In this document: one piece after another, positions 16,229 to 25,520 of the stretch
Position numbering within the stretch: the first letter of the stretch is position 1
Layout of the letters: each line of letters opens with the position of its first letter
Source: an uncultured Oscillospiraceae bacterium
GTDB taxonomy: Bacteria > Bacillota > Clostridia > Oscillospirales > Ruminococcaceae
NCBI GenBank assembly: GCA_964371915.1
Contig: CAYJOX010000001.1
Span: forward strand, 1 to 25,567
Direction: 5' to 3'
Length of the DNA: 25,567 nucleotides
Position numbers and translations under genes: made by a program
Notes under the pieces: model-generated
Database searches by the model: none
What the model was told of the DNA's origin: nothing
The model's input: only the letters and a program-made list of their open reading frames with translations

Positions 16229-16600
16229 ATGACAGCAAGAGAAGGGTTACTTTACAGCGAGAGCCATGAGTGGATTAAGAAGGAGGGCGAGGGCTATCTT
16301 GTAGGCCTTACCGACTATGCGGTAAAGGAGCTTGGTGATATTGTTTTTATCGATCTACCCTCGCAGGGGGACGAGACAACCGTGGGGGAATCTATCTGTG
16401 AGATAGAATCGGTTAAGGCTGTATCCGAGATAATTGCACCGATAACCGGAAGCATAGCCGAGGTTAACGAGGAACTTTCCGATGCACCGGAGCAGATTAG
16501 TGAAAAGCCGTACGAAAGCTGGCTGTTTAACATAGAGGGCAGCTTGCAGGATGGCCTTATGTCGGCCGAGGAGTACAGCGCATTTTGTGAGAATCTTTAA
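16229..16600 (+). CDS. gcvH: Glycine cleavage system H protein
   Basis: YSESHEW, GLTDYA..LGDIVF, lipoyl-Lys motif IESVKAVSE. ATG 16229 follows GAAAGGA. Confidence 0.95.
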   Translation: MTAREGLLYSESHEWIKKEGEGYLVGLTDYAVKELGDIVFIDLPSQGDETTVGESICEIESVKAVSEIIAPITGSIAEVNEELSDAPEQISEKPYESWLFNIEGSLQDGLMSAEEYSAFCENL

Positions 16601-16623
16601 CACATAATATATAAGGAAATAAA

Positions 16624-17916
16624 TTGAACTATCTTTGTAATAAAAAAGAGGACGTTAGCAAGATGCTTGAAGCACTTTCGATAGAAGGTGTGGAGCAGCT
16701 GTTTGATACCGTCCCCCCCGAGGAATACCAAACCCGGCTAAATCTGCCGGACGGCATAAGCGAGGCAGAGCTTATAAGGCATTTCGAAAGGCTCGGCCGC
16801 AAGAATCGTAGCTATGATACAATCTTTCGTGGTGCAGGCGCAGAAAACCGCTATATACCGGCAATAGTGCCGGCCGTTGCCGATAGGGAGGAGTTTTTAA
16901 CCGCCTATACCCCCTATCAGGCAGAGATATCTCAGGGGATACTGCAATCTATATTTGAATATCAAACTCTTATCTGTAGGCTTACCGGCATGGAGGTATC
17001 TAACGCATCTGTATATGATGGCGGAACCGCCGCCGCCGAGGCATGCTTTATCTGTCTTGATAAAAAACATACAGCCATATTAATAAGTGATGCGGTAAAA
17101 CCGGAGGTAGCACAGGTAGTTAAAACCTATGCATACGGCAGGCATATAGAGGTGCGCACCGCACCATCGGTAGATGGTAGGACGGTGTTTGGCGATATAT
17201 CGCCCGATATAGGCGCCGTCTATTTCGAGCAACCCAACCGCTATGGCATTATAGAGGATGCGCCGGCAATAGTAAAGCAGGTTAAGGCGGCAGGTGCAAG
17301 GTCGATAATGGGAGTGCATCCCCATGCCGCCGCCCTACTTAAATCACCGGGCGAGTGCGGGGCCGATATTGCGGTGGGCGAGGCACAGCCCCTCGGTATG
17401 CCTATGTCGTTCGGCGGGCCATACCTTGGCTTTATGGCAACAACTCAAAAGCTTGCACGTAAACTGCCGGGCAGGATAGTAGGGCAGACGGCCGACCAAA
17501 ACGGCGAAAAGGCTTATGTCTTAACGTTGCAGGCAAGAGAACAGCATATAAGGCGTGAAAAGGCCTCCAGCAACATCTGCTCTAACCAGGCCAACTGCGC
17601 ACTGCGTGCGGCGGTATTCATGGCATCGGTAGGCGGTGAGGGGCTACGCCAGCTTGCGATAGACGGCTACTCGCTATCCCACTACGCCTACGATGAACTT
17701 TGTAAGATAGAGGGGATACAGCCGGTATTTGGGGCCGATTTTCTCTTTGAGTTTTTAACCCATAGCGAAAAGGACGACGAGCTACTGGCGATGTTGCAAG
17801 AAAACAATATACTTGGTGGGCTAAAGACAGAAAAAGGTATACTCTGGTGCTTTACCGAGCTTACGATGAAAGAGGATATAGATAGGCTTGTAGAGCTTGT
17901 AAGGGGGGCCGTATAA
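16624..17916 (+). CDS. gcvPA: Glycine dehydrogenase subunit 1
   Basis: TTG start. Motifs EFLTAYTPYQAEISQG, NASVYDG, FGGPYLGF and REQHIRREKASSNICSNQ. Confidence 0.96.
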   Translation: MNYLCNKKEDVSKMLEALSIEGVEQLFDTVPPEEYQTRLNLPDGISEAELIRHFERLGRKNRSYDTIFRGAGAENRYIPAIVPAVADREEFLTAYTPYQAEISQGILQSIFEYQTLICRLTGMEVSNASVYDGGTAAAEACFICLDKKHTAILISDAVKPEVAQVVKTYAYGRHIEVRTAPSVDGRTVFGDISPDIGAVYFEQPNRYGIIEDAPAIVKQVKAAGARSIMGVHPHAAALLKSPGECGADIAVGEAQPLGMPMSFGGPYLGFMATTQKLARKLPGRIVGQTADQNGEKAYVLTLQAREQHIRREKASSNICSNQANCALRAAVFMASVGGEGLRQLAIDGYSLSHYAYDELCKIEGIQPVFGADFLFEFLTHSEKDDELLAMLQENNILGGLKTEKGILWCFTELTMKEDIDRLVELVRGAV

Positions 17917-19340
17917 TGAAAACTATATTTGAGCGCACAGCCGCCGGCCACCACGCAAACCTTCTGCCCGATCTAACGGTGCCCACACGCCTACCGGATG
18001 AATCGCTTTTAGGGGAGCTGCCGGATATTCCCTGCCTTGCCGAGCCGGAGCTTGCAAGGCATTATAAAGAGCTTGCCGATGAATGTTTTCCGGTAAGCCG
18101 TGGCTTCTACCCCCTTGGCAGCTGTACTATGAAGCACAACCCAAAGGTTGCCGAGCGTGTTGTAAACGCACCGGCATTTGCAAACCTACACCCCCTTACC
18201 CCGCAGGAGGATGTGCAGGGTGTGCTGGAGGCAATGCACGAGTGTGAAAAGGCGCTATGCGCCCTTACCAACCTTGATGTTGCCGCGCTTTCACCGGCCG
18301 CCGGTGCACATGGTGAGTTTGCGGCTATTATGGTGGTTAAGGCCTACCATGAGAGTAGGGGAGACACAAAGCGGACAAAGATTATCGTTCCCGATACGGC
18401 GCACGGCACCAATCCGGCAACGGCGGTAATGTGTGGTTATACCACTATCGATATCGAATCGGGCGCGGATGGCCGTGTAGATGTAGAGAAGCTTAGGGAG
18501 GCGATATCGGATGATGTTGCCGCACTTATGCTTACAAACCCCAACACCCTGGGAATTTTCGAGACCGAAATTCCTACAATTACAAAGATGTGCCACGAGG
18601 CAGGGGTTATCTGCTACTACGATGGCGCAAACCTAAACGCCATTATGGGCATTGCAAAGCCGGGCGATATGGGCTTTGATCTATGCCACTTTAATGTACA
18701 TAAAACCCTTGCCACACCACATGGCGGCGGCGGCCCGGGTAGCGGCCCCATTGTATGTAGGGAGTTTTTGGCACCGTTCCTACCGGCACCTGTTGTGCGC
18801 TGTGAGGATGGTGTATACAGCCTACACACCCCCGAAAAATCGGTAGGTAGCGTTAAGGTGTTCCACGGCAACGTAGCGGTAACACTCAAAGCCTACTCCT
18901 ACATGCTATCGCTTGGTGGCGAGGGCCTGCGTGAGGCAAGCTGTATGGCGGTACTAAACGCTAACTATCTAAAACACCGCCTGCGTGAGGTTTTTCCGCC
19001 GGTGTATGAGAGTGCGACATTCCATGAGTTTGTGGCCTCTGCACGTAGCTACCGTGATGATTACGGCGTAAGCGCCGGAGATATAGCCAAGGCTATGCAG
19101 GATGCAGGGCTTCACCCGCCGACAATGTATTTTCCACTGCTCGTGCCGGAGGCGCTGATGTTTGAGCCTACCGAGACCGAGAGTATGCAGACGATAGACG
19201 AGGTGGCAGATAGTATTATAGCAATCTGTGAGAGGGCAAAAACCGATGCGGAAAACCTAAGGAAAGCGCCCTATAACCAGATAATCTCCCGCCCGGATGA
19301 GGCCACGGCCGCAAGGAACCCAATTCTAACGCATAGATAA
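17916..19340 (+). CDS. gcvPB: Glycine dehydrogenase subunit 2
   Basis: Motifs YPLGSCTMK, AGAHGE, HGTNPATA, PLP-Lys HKTLATPHGGGGPG and PTMYFPL..EPTETE. Confidence 0.96.
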   Translation: MKTIFERTAAGHHANLLPDLTVPTRLPDESLLGELPDIPCLAEPELARHYKELADECFPVSRGFYPLGSCTMKHNPKVAERVVNAPAFANLHPLTPQEDVQGVLEAMHECEKALCALTNLDVAALSPAAGAHGEFAAIMVVKAYHESRGDTKRTKIIVPDTAHGTNPATAVMCGYTTIDIESGADGRVDVEKLREAISDDVAALMLTNPNTLGIFETEIPTITKMCHEAGVICYYDGANLNAIMGIAKPGDMGFDLCHFNVHKTLATPHGGGGPGSGPIVCREFLAPFLPAPVVRCEDGVYSLHTPEKSVGSVKVFHGNVAVTLKAYSYMLSLGGEGLREASCMAVLNANYLKHRLREVFPPVYESATFHEFVASARSYRDDYGVSAGDIAKAMQDAGLHPPTMYFPLLVPEALMFEPTETESMQTIDEVADSIIAICERAKTDAENLRKAPYNQIISRPDEATAARNPILTHR

Positions 19341-19385
19341 AATTAGCAGAGAAGATAACATTATTTTTTATAGTGAGGTGAGGAT

Positions 19386-20378
19386 ATGTATATGGCTGGT
19401 GAAAAGCGGTATGACAACATGCAGTATCGCCGCTGTGGCAGAAGCGGATTAAAGCTACCGGCATTATCTCTGGGGTTGTGGCACAACTTCTCAGGCACTA
19501 CCCCGTACGAGACATCGAGAGAGATGCTACTAACTGCATTCGAGCTGGGAATAACACATTTTGACATCGCCAATAACTACGGGCCACCTGCCGGAAGCGC
19601 CGAACAGTGCTTTTGCAGGGTTATGGAAGCAGATCTAAAACCCTACCGTGACGAGCTTATTATCTCCAGCAAGGCCGGCTACTATATGTGGCCGGGGCCT
19701 TACGGTGATTTTGGCTCTAAAAAACATATAATAGCCTCCTGTGATCAGAGCCTAAGGCGCACAGGGCTTGATTATTTCGATATCTTTTATCACCACCGCC
19801 CCGACGATGAAACGCCCCTTGAGGAGAGCATGGGCGCACTGGCACAGCTGGTGCGGCAGGGCAAGGCGCTATATGTAGGTATCTCTAACTACAGTGCAGA
19901 GAATACCATAAGAGCCGCCAACATCCTAAAGGGGATGGGCATACACTGCCTTATACACCAGCCCCCCTACTCTATGTTTAACAGGGTGTGTGAGGAGGAT
20001 GGTTTGTTTGATGCCCTTACAGAGCAGGGAATGGGTGCGATTACCTTCTCATCCCTTGCACAGGGGCTGTTAACCGACAGGTATTTTGAGGGGATACCAT
20101 CCGATAGCCGTGCCGCATCCGAAAGTGTGTTCCTAACCGCCGATAGGGTTACGAAGGAAAAGATAGACAAGGCCATTAGCCTTGACACTATAGCAAAACA
20201 AAGAGGGCAGACGCTCTCGCAGCTTGCCCTTGCATGGTGCCTAAGGAATGATGTTGTATGTTCGGTAATAATCGGCGCTAGCCGTGCCTCACAGATTGCA
20301 GAAAATGTAAAGGCGATAAACAACCGCACATTTTCCGATGAGGAGCTAAAAAAGATAGACGATATACTAAACGGCTAG
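19386..20378 (+). CDS. Aldo/keto reductase, YghZ/Gpr (L-glyceraldehyde-3-phosphate reductase)-like
   Basis: MQYRRCGRSGLKLPALSLGLWHNF, HFDIANNYGPP, SKAGYYMWPGPYG, GKALYVGISNY. Confidence 0.92.
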   Translation: MYMAGEKRYDNMQYRRCGRSGLKLPALSLGLWHNFSGTTPYETSREMLLTAFELGITHFDIANNYGPPAGSAEQCFCRVMEADLKPYRDELIISSKAGYYMWPGPYGDFGSKKHIIASCDQSLRRTGLDYFDIFYHHRPDDETPLEESMGALAQLVRQGKALYVGISNYSAENTIRAANILKGMGIHCLIHQPPYSMFNRVCEEDGLFDALTEQGMGAITFSSLAQGLLTDRYFEGIPSDSRAASESVFLTADRVTKEKIDKAISLDTIAKQRGQTLSQLALAWCLRNDVVCSVIIGASRASQIAENVKAINNRTFSDEELKKIDDILNG

Positions 20379-21796
20379 AACTGAAAATAGATAAAGGGGT
20401 TATACACGCCGCTTGTAAGGCTTAGGATACACAGCAGTAGAATTACAGGCAGTAGGAAAAACTCAAAACCGTTTATCCTCTCGGCAAATACCGCCTTTTT
20501 AAGCCGTGGGATACATTGTAGCACACCGCATAACAGCAGGGCGAATATTAATGTTACCACAACCTCACTATCGAGGTAGAGCATGGTGGTGGTTAGGTTG
20601 TTAAGGTTAACGGTAAACATGTTTTGTAACATCACCGCCACGGTATCTAGGCTCTCCCCCCTAAAGAAAACCCACCCGATAATAACTACTAGGATTGTAT
20701 ATGCATGATTAAGTGGTTTTATCGGGTTTTTTTGTAGTATCTTAGATAAAAACAGCCGCTCTATAATCATAAACAGGCCGTGCCAAAGCCCCCACAGCAC
20801 AAACGACCAGCTTGCACCATGCCAAAGGCCGGTAATAAAAAATACTATGAGCAGGTTGCGGTAGGTTGCGGCGGTACCCTTGCGGTTGCCCCCAAGCGGT
20901 ATATACAGATACTCCCTAAACCAGGAGGATAGCGATATATGCCATCTGCGCCAAAAATCCTGCACCGATGCCGCAATATAGGGGTAGTTAAAGTTCTCTA
21001 AAAACCTAAAGCCAAATATACGCCCAAGCCCTATCGCCATATCGGAGTAGCCGGAGAAATCGAAATATATCTGAAAGCTGTAGCAGATAATGCCGAGCCA
21101 TGCAATAGCGGTGTTTATATCATCGGCGGGCAGGGCATAAATCCTATCCACTACCAGACCCATAGTGTTGGAGATTAGCACCTTTTTACCAAGACCGTAG
21201 ATAAAGCGTTTCATGCCGAAGGCAACATCATCGTAGCTGTGGGTGCGGGTTTTAAGCTGTTTTTCTATCGTTTTATAGTTTACTATAGGCCCTGCTATAA
21301 GCTGTGGGAAGAATGATATATAAAGGGCGAGATCGGCAAGGCTGTGCTGTGCCCTAACGCCTACCGAATAATCACTGCGCCTGCCACGGTATACATCTAT
21401 TATATAGGACATAGCCTGAAAGGTGTAGAACGATATGCCGATAGGCAGTATGATAGTAGGGATATCTATTCCGGTTGCCACAACCGAGTTAACGCTGCCC
21501 ACTATAAAGCCAAGATATTTAAAGATGGCAAGGGTGCCGATATTAACCGCCACACCGGCAATAATGCCCAGCCTTTGTAGGGCGTGGGTTTTAGCCCCCT
21601 CGATATATACACCTACGGCATAGTTGAATATTATCGAGATGACCATCAGAAGGATATACTCCGGCTCCCCCCAGCCATAGAAAAACAGGCTGGCGAGCAG
21701 AAGAAAATAGTTTTTGTAGCTATCCCCTACCAAAAAATAGCCGATTGCCACGATGGGTAGGAACAACCATAAAAAGATCATCGAACTAAATAACAT
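20375..21796 (-). CDS. MBOAT family O-acyltransferase (AlgI/PatA-like)
   Basis: Motifs LPIGISFYTFQ, FFPQLIAGPI, YFDFSGYSDMAIG, FWRRWHISLS, WHGA (catalytic His) and C-terminal YNPFIYFQF. Confidence 0.93.
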   Translation of the reverse strand: MLFSSMIFLWLFLPIVAIGYFLVGDSYKNYFLLLASLFFYGWGEPEYILLMVISIIFNYAVGVYIEGAKTHALQRLGIIAGVAVNIGTLAIFKYLGFIVGSVNSVVATGIDIPTIILPIGISFYTFQAMSYIIDVYRGRRSDYSVGVRAQHSLADLALYISFFPQLIAGPIVNYKTIEKQLKTRTHSYDDVAFGMKRFIYGLGKKVLISNTMGLVVDRIYALPADDINTAIAWLGIICYSFQIYFDFSGYSDMAIGLGRIFGFRFLENFNYPYIAASVQDFWRRWHISLSSWFREYLYIPLGGNRKGTAATYRNLLIVFFITGLWHGASWSFVLWGLWHGLFMIIERLFLSKILQKNPIKPLNHAYTILVVIIGWVFFRGESLDTVAVMLQNMFTVNLNNLTTTMLYLDSEVVVTLIFALLLCGVLQCIPRLKKAVFAERINGFEFFLLPVILLLCILSLTSGVYNPFIYFQF

Positions 21797-21810
21797 CTAT
21801 CACCCTATAA

Positions 21811-23439
21811 CTAAAAATCATCACCGACCATTAAAAACTGGTCGAGCATCCTCTCCACTACCTCGAACACAACTACATCCGGCTCGTACTCCCATACATA
21901 GTACATATCAAAGTATTTCCATACAAAATAACTCTCGCTATAAAGCTTTGCAATATGCGGTTCCATCTCGATGTTATAGGAATCTCTAAACATTAAAAGC
22001 CGCTCATCGTTTGCAGAGTTACTCTCGTAATGCCTTATATTCGGTTGCTCGGTATAGTTATCGAAGGTTTTAACCGCCTCAACCTGTGGCATAAAATCGG
22101 CTAGATAGTTCTTCTCGTCCGGTATTATATCCAGCCCTATGCTACGGTACAGGTCGTTCGGGGTATCGCTATGCTCGGTAAAGGTCATATCCTCAAACGC
22201 CGGAATACCCTCAAACCCTAAGCCCTCGGCAAGGGTTTTAAAGCCTATATATCCGCCCATTCCGTTCCAGTGGCTATCCATCTTATAGTAAAGGGTGTAG
22301 TCCTTCGAGTATTGCTCTATAGCCTGCGCATCATAGATAAAGGTGATATCGGTGCTCTGCGTAATATGCTCTACAACCTGCTCCACCTTGCTCTGCTCCC
22401 CCTTAACGATGTAGCCCTGTGGCAGATACTCGCCGTATATCGTGCTCTTGTTAGGGGGTACGGTGATATAAAACTCTATATCCCGCTCCGATAGATATGC
22501 ATCTACAGCTAAAAACGTCTCGGTAATCTGCCCTAGCTCCTGCTGTGAAAATAGCTCGGTTTTTTGGTAGTCCGGCAGGGTATCGGCCAAAAAGGCCCAG
22601 CCATCCTTCCCTACCAAAACACCCTCGTTTGGTGATTTGTTATATAGGTAATAGTTATAAAAGCTGTTTAGCTCTACAAGCTGTGGTTTGTATGGGATAT
22701 AATCGTTATAATATTCATCGTAATCCCTCGGGTAATCGGCTATGGTGGTTAGCGAGAATGTCGGCCTTTTGGCGAGCGTCTCGTTCTCAAGCGATGCATC
22801 GGGCTGTAGCCCCAGTAGATAGTAGCTAACGGCAGGCAGGGTGAGCATTGCCGCTATTACCAGCACAAAAATTTTACTTTTTGTAATATTTCTAATATTT
22901 AATACAATTATTGACGCTAAACATGCCGCCGCTGCATAGATTATAAACTTTACAGCAAAAAGTACAAGCCTTGCGGTAAGGCCTATATTAACCGTAAAGT
23001 TAGGGTCGGTGCCGATAGCGATTATCTCCACACTATCCTGAGCGCCCTCGATAAAAATGTTGTTGGAAACAACTGCCGGCATATCCTGAGCCGTTAGCTC
23101 TACAAGCGGTATTATTCCGTAGGATATTAAAACGCCGCCGGTTGTAAGCTCCTCTAGGCCATCCTCCATATCTATTCGCAGGATAGAGCTATCCTCCGCT
23201 ATCTTAAAACGCACCTCATAGCTATCCACCATATAATCGTTTGGTATCTCAAAGCTTGTGGATTTTTCATCGCTAAGCCCCTCGCCAGCCCTTGCGTAGT
23301 AGGCGGTTAGGTCGCCGCTCTGCCGGGTATCGATATTCATCGTCACATCTATCGTTGCAACGGTTAAAAGCTCAAACAGCAGTAGGCCGGCAAGGATGAC
23401 GGCAAATGTTACTATTGATTTTATCGAAGGTTTTTTCAT
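21811..23439 (-). CDS. AlgJ/AlgX-like (DHHW/SGNH-type) extracellular O-acetyltransferase with an extra N-terminal domain
   Basis: VLVGKDGWAFL, VPPNKSTIY, YYKMDSHWN (D-x-H), FRDSY (catalytic Ser-like) and VVFEVVER. Lies next to the MBOAT gene. Confidence 0.8.
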   Translation of the reverse strand: MKKPSIKSIVTFAVILAGLLLFELLTVATIDVTMNIDTRQSGDLTAYYARAGEGLSDEKSTSFEIPNDYMVDSYEVRFKIAEDSSILRIDMEDGLEELTTGGVLISYGIIPLVELTAQDMPAVVSNNIFIEGAQDSVEIIAIGTDPNFTVNIGLTARLVLFAVKFIIYAAAACLASIIVLNIRNITKSKIFVLVIAAMLTLPAVSYYLLGLQPDASLENETLAKRPTFSLTTIADYPRDYDEYYNDYIPYKPQLVELNSFYNYYLYNKSPNEGVLVGKDGWAFLADTLPDYQKTELFSQQELGQITETFLAVDAYLSERDIEFYITVPPNKSTIYGEYLPQGYIVKGEQSKVEQVVEHITQSTDITFIYDAQAIEQYSKDYTLYYKMDSHWNGMGGYIGFKTLAEGLGFEGIPAFEDMTFTEHSDTPNDLYRSIGLDIIPDEKNYLADFMPQVEAVKTFDNYTEQPNIRHYESNSANDERLLMFRDSYNIEMEPHIAKLYSESYFVWKYFDMYYVWEYEPDVVVFEVVERMLDQFLMVGDDF

Positions 23440-23448
23440 TATACCGCT

Positions 23449-24126
23449 CTACATGTTACAATCTATTGCGCCGAAGGGACATACCTCTTTGCAGACACCG
23501 CACTCTAGGCAGCCGTTATGGTTCATTATCGCCCTACCGCCATCGCTCTTAATAACATCGGTAAGGCAGCTTGTGCTACATACACCACAGCCGGTACAGG
23601 AATCATTTACACTGTATACCCATGGCCTTGCACTCTCACCGCCAAAGCCAAAGCGGTAGCGCAGTACATGATCGTCTACACACAGATCGAAAAGCTCGCC
23701 ATCCCCGCCTGTTAGCCTAAAAATCTTAAAATTCTCAAGGCTGCGGCGGTATAGCGCCTTGGTGCCGGAGTTCTGCGCCCAGTAACGTGTGTATATCTCC
23801 TCGTCCTCTACCTCGGTAACTGTGGCGTTAATCCTTATAGAGTAGCCGAGGTTACCCTTTGTCATGTTTATTAGGCTACCCACTATCCTAGGGTTCTTTT
23901 TAATCTCGGCATATATCGGCTTACCGCAGGACATACCGATATAAAGGTTGCCATTATCGTCCAGCGATTGCACCTCGATAATCCTTGAGGTTGGGGTAAC
24001 ACCATCCAGCGCAACGGTGGCTATCGACATTCTTCCGACCTTTAGGGTAGAGGCAAACACCGCATCCCTTATCTCATCGTTACTGCTGTGTACTGTAAGC
24101 CCTAAGGCGTAGTTATTATCCGGCAT
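23449..24126 (-). CDS. Pyridoxamine-5'-phosphate-oxidase-like (split-barrel) domain fused to a 2x[4Fe-4S] ferredoxin
   Basis: IATV...P.SR...K..Y.EI..NP; C-terminal CTGCGVCSTSC and CLECGVCKEVCP. GAGGAGG RBS supports ATG 24126. Confidence 0.8.
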   Translation of the reverse strand: MPDNNYALGLTVHSSNDEIRDAVFASTLKVGRMSIATVALDGVTPTSRIIEVQSLDDNGNLYIGMSCGKPIYAEIKKNPRIVGSLINMTKGNLGYSIRINATVTEVEDEEIYTRYWAQNSGTKALYRRSLENFKIFRLTGGDGELFDLCVDDHVLRYRFGFGGESARPWVYSVNDSCTGCGVCSTSCLTDVIKSDGGRAIMNHNGCLECGVCKEVCPFGAIDCNM

Positions 24127-24127
24127 A

Positions 24128-25459
24128 TTAAACCTCCTCATACTCGGTGTCTATCGTGATGCCACTGCCTACCTTTAGGCGAATTATCGGGTAGATTACG
24201 GCGATTGCAAGATAGATAAATGTTCCTACAACCTCCTGCCCCGAAAGCTCGATAGCGAGGAAGTAGCAAAAAACTATGCTCATAACCGCACCCAGTATAC
24301 ATAGCACGGTGTATGCGGTATTGTTAATCTTGAATATAGATTTTTCCCATGCCTGTGGCACAACCTTCGGCATACGAACAAGCGCAATACAGATAATAGC
24401 CGAGAGACAGTTTGATAAGAAGTTTCCTACATTTGCTATTGCGCCTATCTGCCAATCAAAAAGAATGATCGCCGCCGCCAAAACATAGATGATAAGTAGC
24501 ATCCAGTGGGGAGAGCCAAACCTTTTATTGGAGTTGCCGAGGAATTTCGGAAACCAGCCATCCTTACTTGCCTGCACAAGCGGGCCGGTAACCCAGCCGA
24601 AAAGTGCATTAAGCGATGTAACAAGGGCAAACATAGCACCACATATTATAAAGAATAGGTATATGGGGTAGGGCAGAACCTCTGCCGCCGTAATAGCTAG
24701 CGATTGGCCTGCGACCTGCTCTACCGGAAAAACGCCTGCCGCAACTATAGATACCAGTATATAGGTAACAAGCACGACACCGGTGCTTATAAGTATGGCT
24801 ATCGGTATATCCTTTGTGGGGTTTTTACACTGCTTGCTAAAGTTTACTATAAAGGCCGAACCTGTTGTAGCAAAGCTCATTAGCGCCGCGGCCGACATAA
24901 CACCGCCAAAACCATCCAGCATCCAATCCGGCGCCTCGGTAAAGCCGGGCTGTACATGGGACATGCCAAAGCCGGCAAAGGCAAGTAGGGCGATTATTAG
25001 CAGTATAACCATGGCATACTGCACCTTAGCGGCAACCTTAACGCCTAGTATATTAAGCGCGAATATAACGGTTAGTAGTAACAATCCTACTAGCTTCATA
25101 TCCACACCGGGTATAAAGGAGGAGACATAATCGGCGAAGGAGAGCGAATATAGCGCCGCACCAAAAAAGAAGCTAACAAAAACGGTGGCATAAAGTCCAC
25201 TAAAATATTTTCCGCCAAACAATGCCGCCTGCGTGTAAAAGCCGCCGTTCATACGAATGGCCGATGCCGAGAAAAACTGGGGCAGTGCCGATATAAGCAC
25301 CATTACTGAACATACTACCAGTGCAAGAACGATAGAGCGGCCGGTGATGCCGATAGCAATTCCGGTTAGCGACATAATTCCGCCACCTATTACGTTACCT
25401 ACCGCCAGTGCGACTAGATCACCCCGGCTTAAAACCTTGCCTGTATTATTTTCGCCCAT
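24128..25459 (-). CDS. APC family amino acid/polyamine permease
   Basis: TM1 GNVIGGGI, GGFY, KNPTKDIP, ASKDGWFP...NKRFGSPH; about 12 TM; GGAGG RBS. Confidence 0.9.
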   Translation of the reverse strand: MGENNTGKVLSRGDLVALAVGNVIGGGIMSLTGIAIGITGRSIVLALVVCSVMVLISALPQFFSASAIRMNGGFYTQAALFGGKYFSGLYATVFVSFFFGAALYSLSFADYVSSFIPGVDMKLVGLLLLTVIFALNILGVKVAAKVQYAMVILLIIALLAFAGFGMSHVQPGFTEAPDWMLDGFGGVMSAAALMSFATTGSAFIVNFSKQCKNPTKDIPIAILISTGVVLVTYILVSIVAAGVFPVEQVAGQSLAITAAEVLPYPIYLFFIICGAMFALVTSLNALFGWVTGPLVQASKDGWFPKFLGNSNKRFGSPHWMLLIIYVLAAAIILFDWQIGAIANVGNFLSNCLSAIICIALVRMPKVVPQAWEKSIFKINNTAYTVLCILGAVMSIVFCYFLAIELSGQEVVGTFIYLAIAVIYPIIRLKVGSGITIDTEYEEV

Positions 25460-25491
25460 AATTCAAACCCTCCAAAAAACTCTATCTTTTT

Positions 25492-25520
25492 ATTATAATG
25501 GCTAACAGAGCCGTTAGCAA
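25492..25520 (-). promoter_or_regulatory. Sigma-A promoter of the permease operon
   Basis: On the - strand: TTGCTA, 17 bp, TATAAT. Confidence 0.65.

Noticed and set aside
20375..21796. MBOAT as dltB of a Dlt operon
   Set aside because: Length and motifs fit AlgI/PatA, and no dltA or dltC is present.
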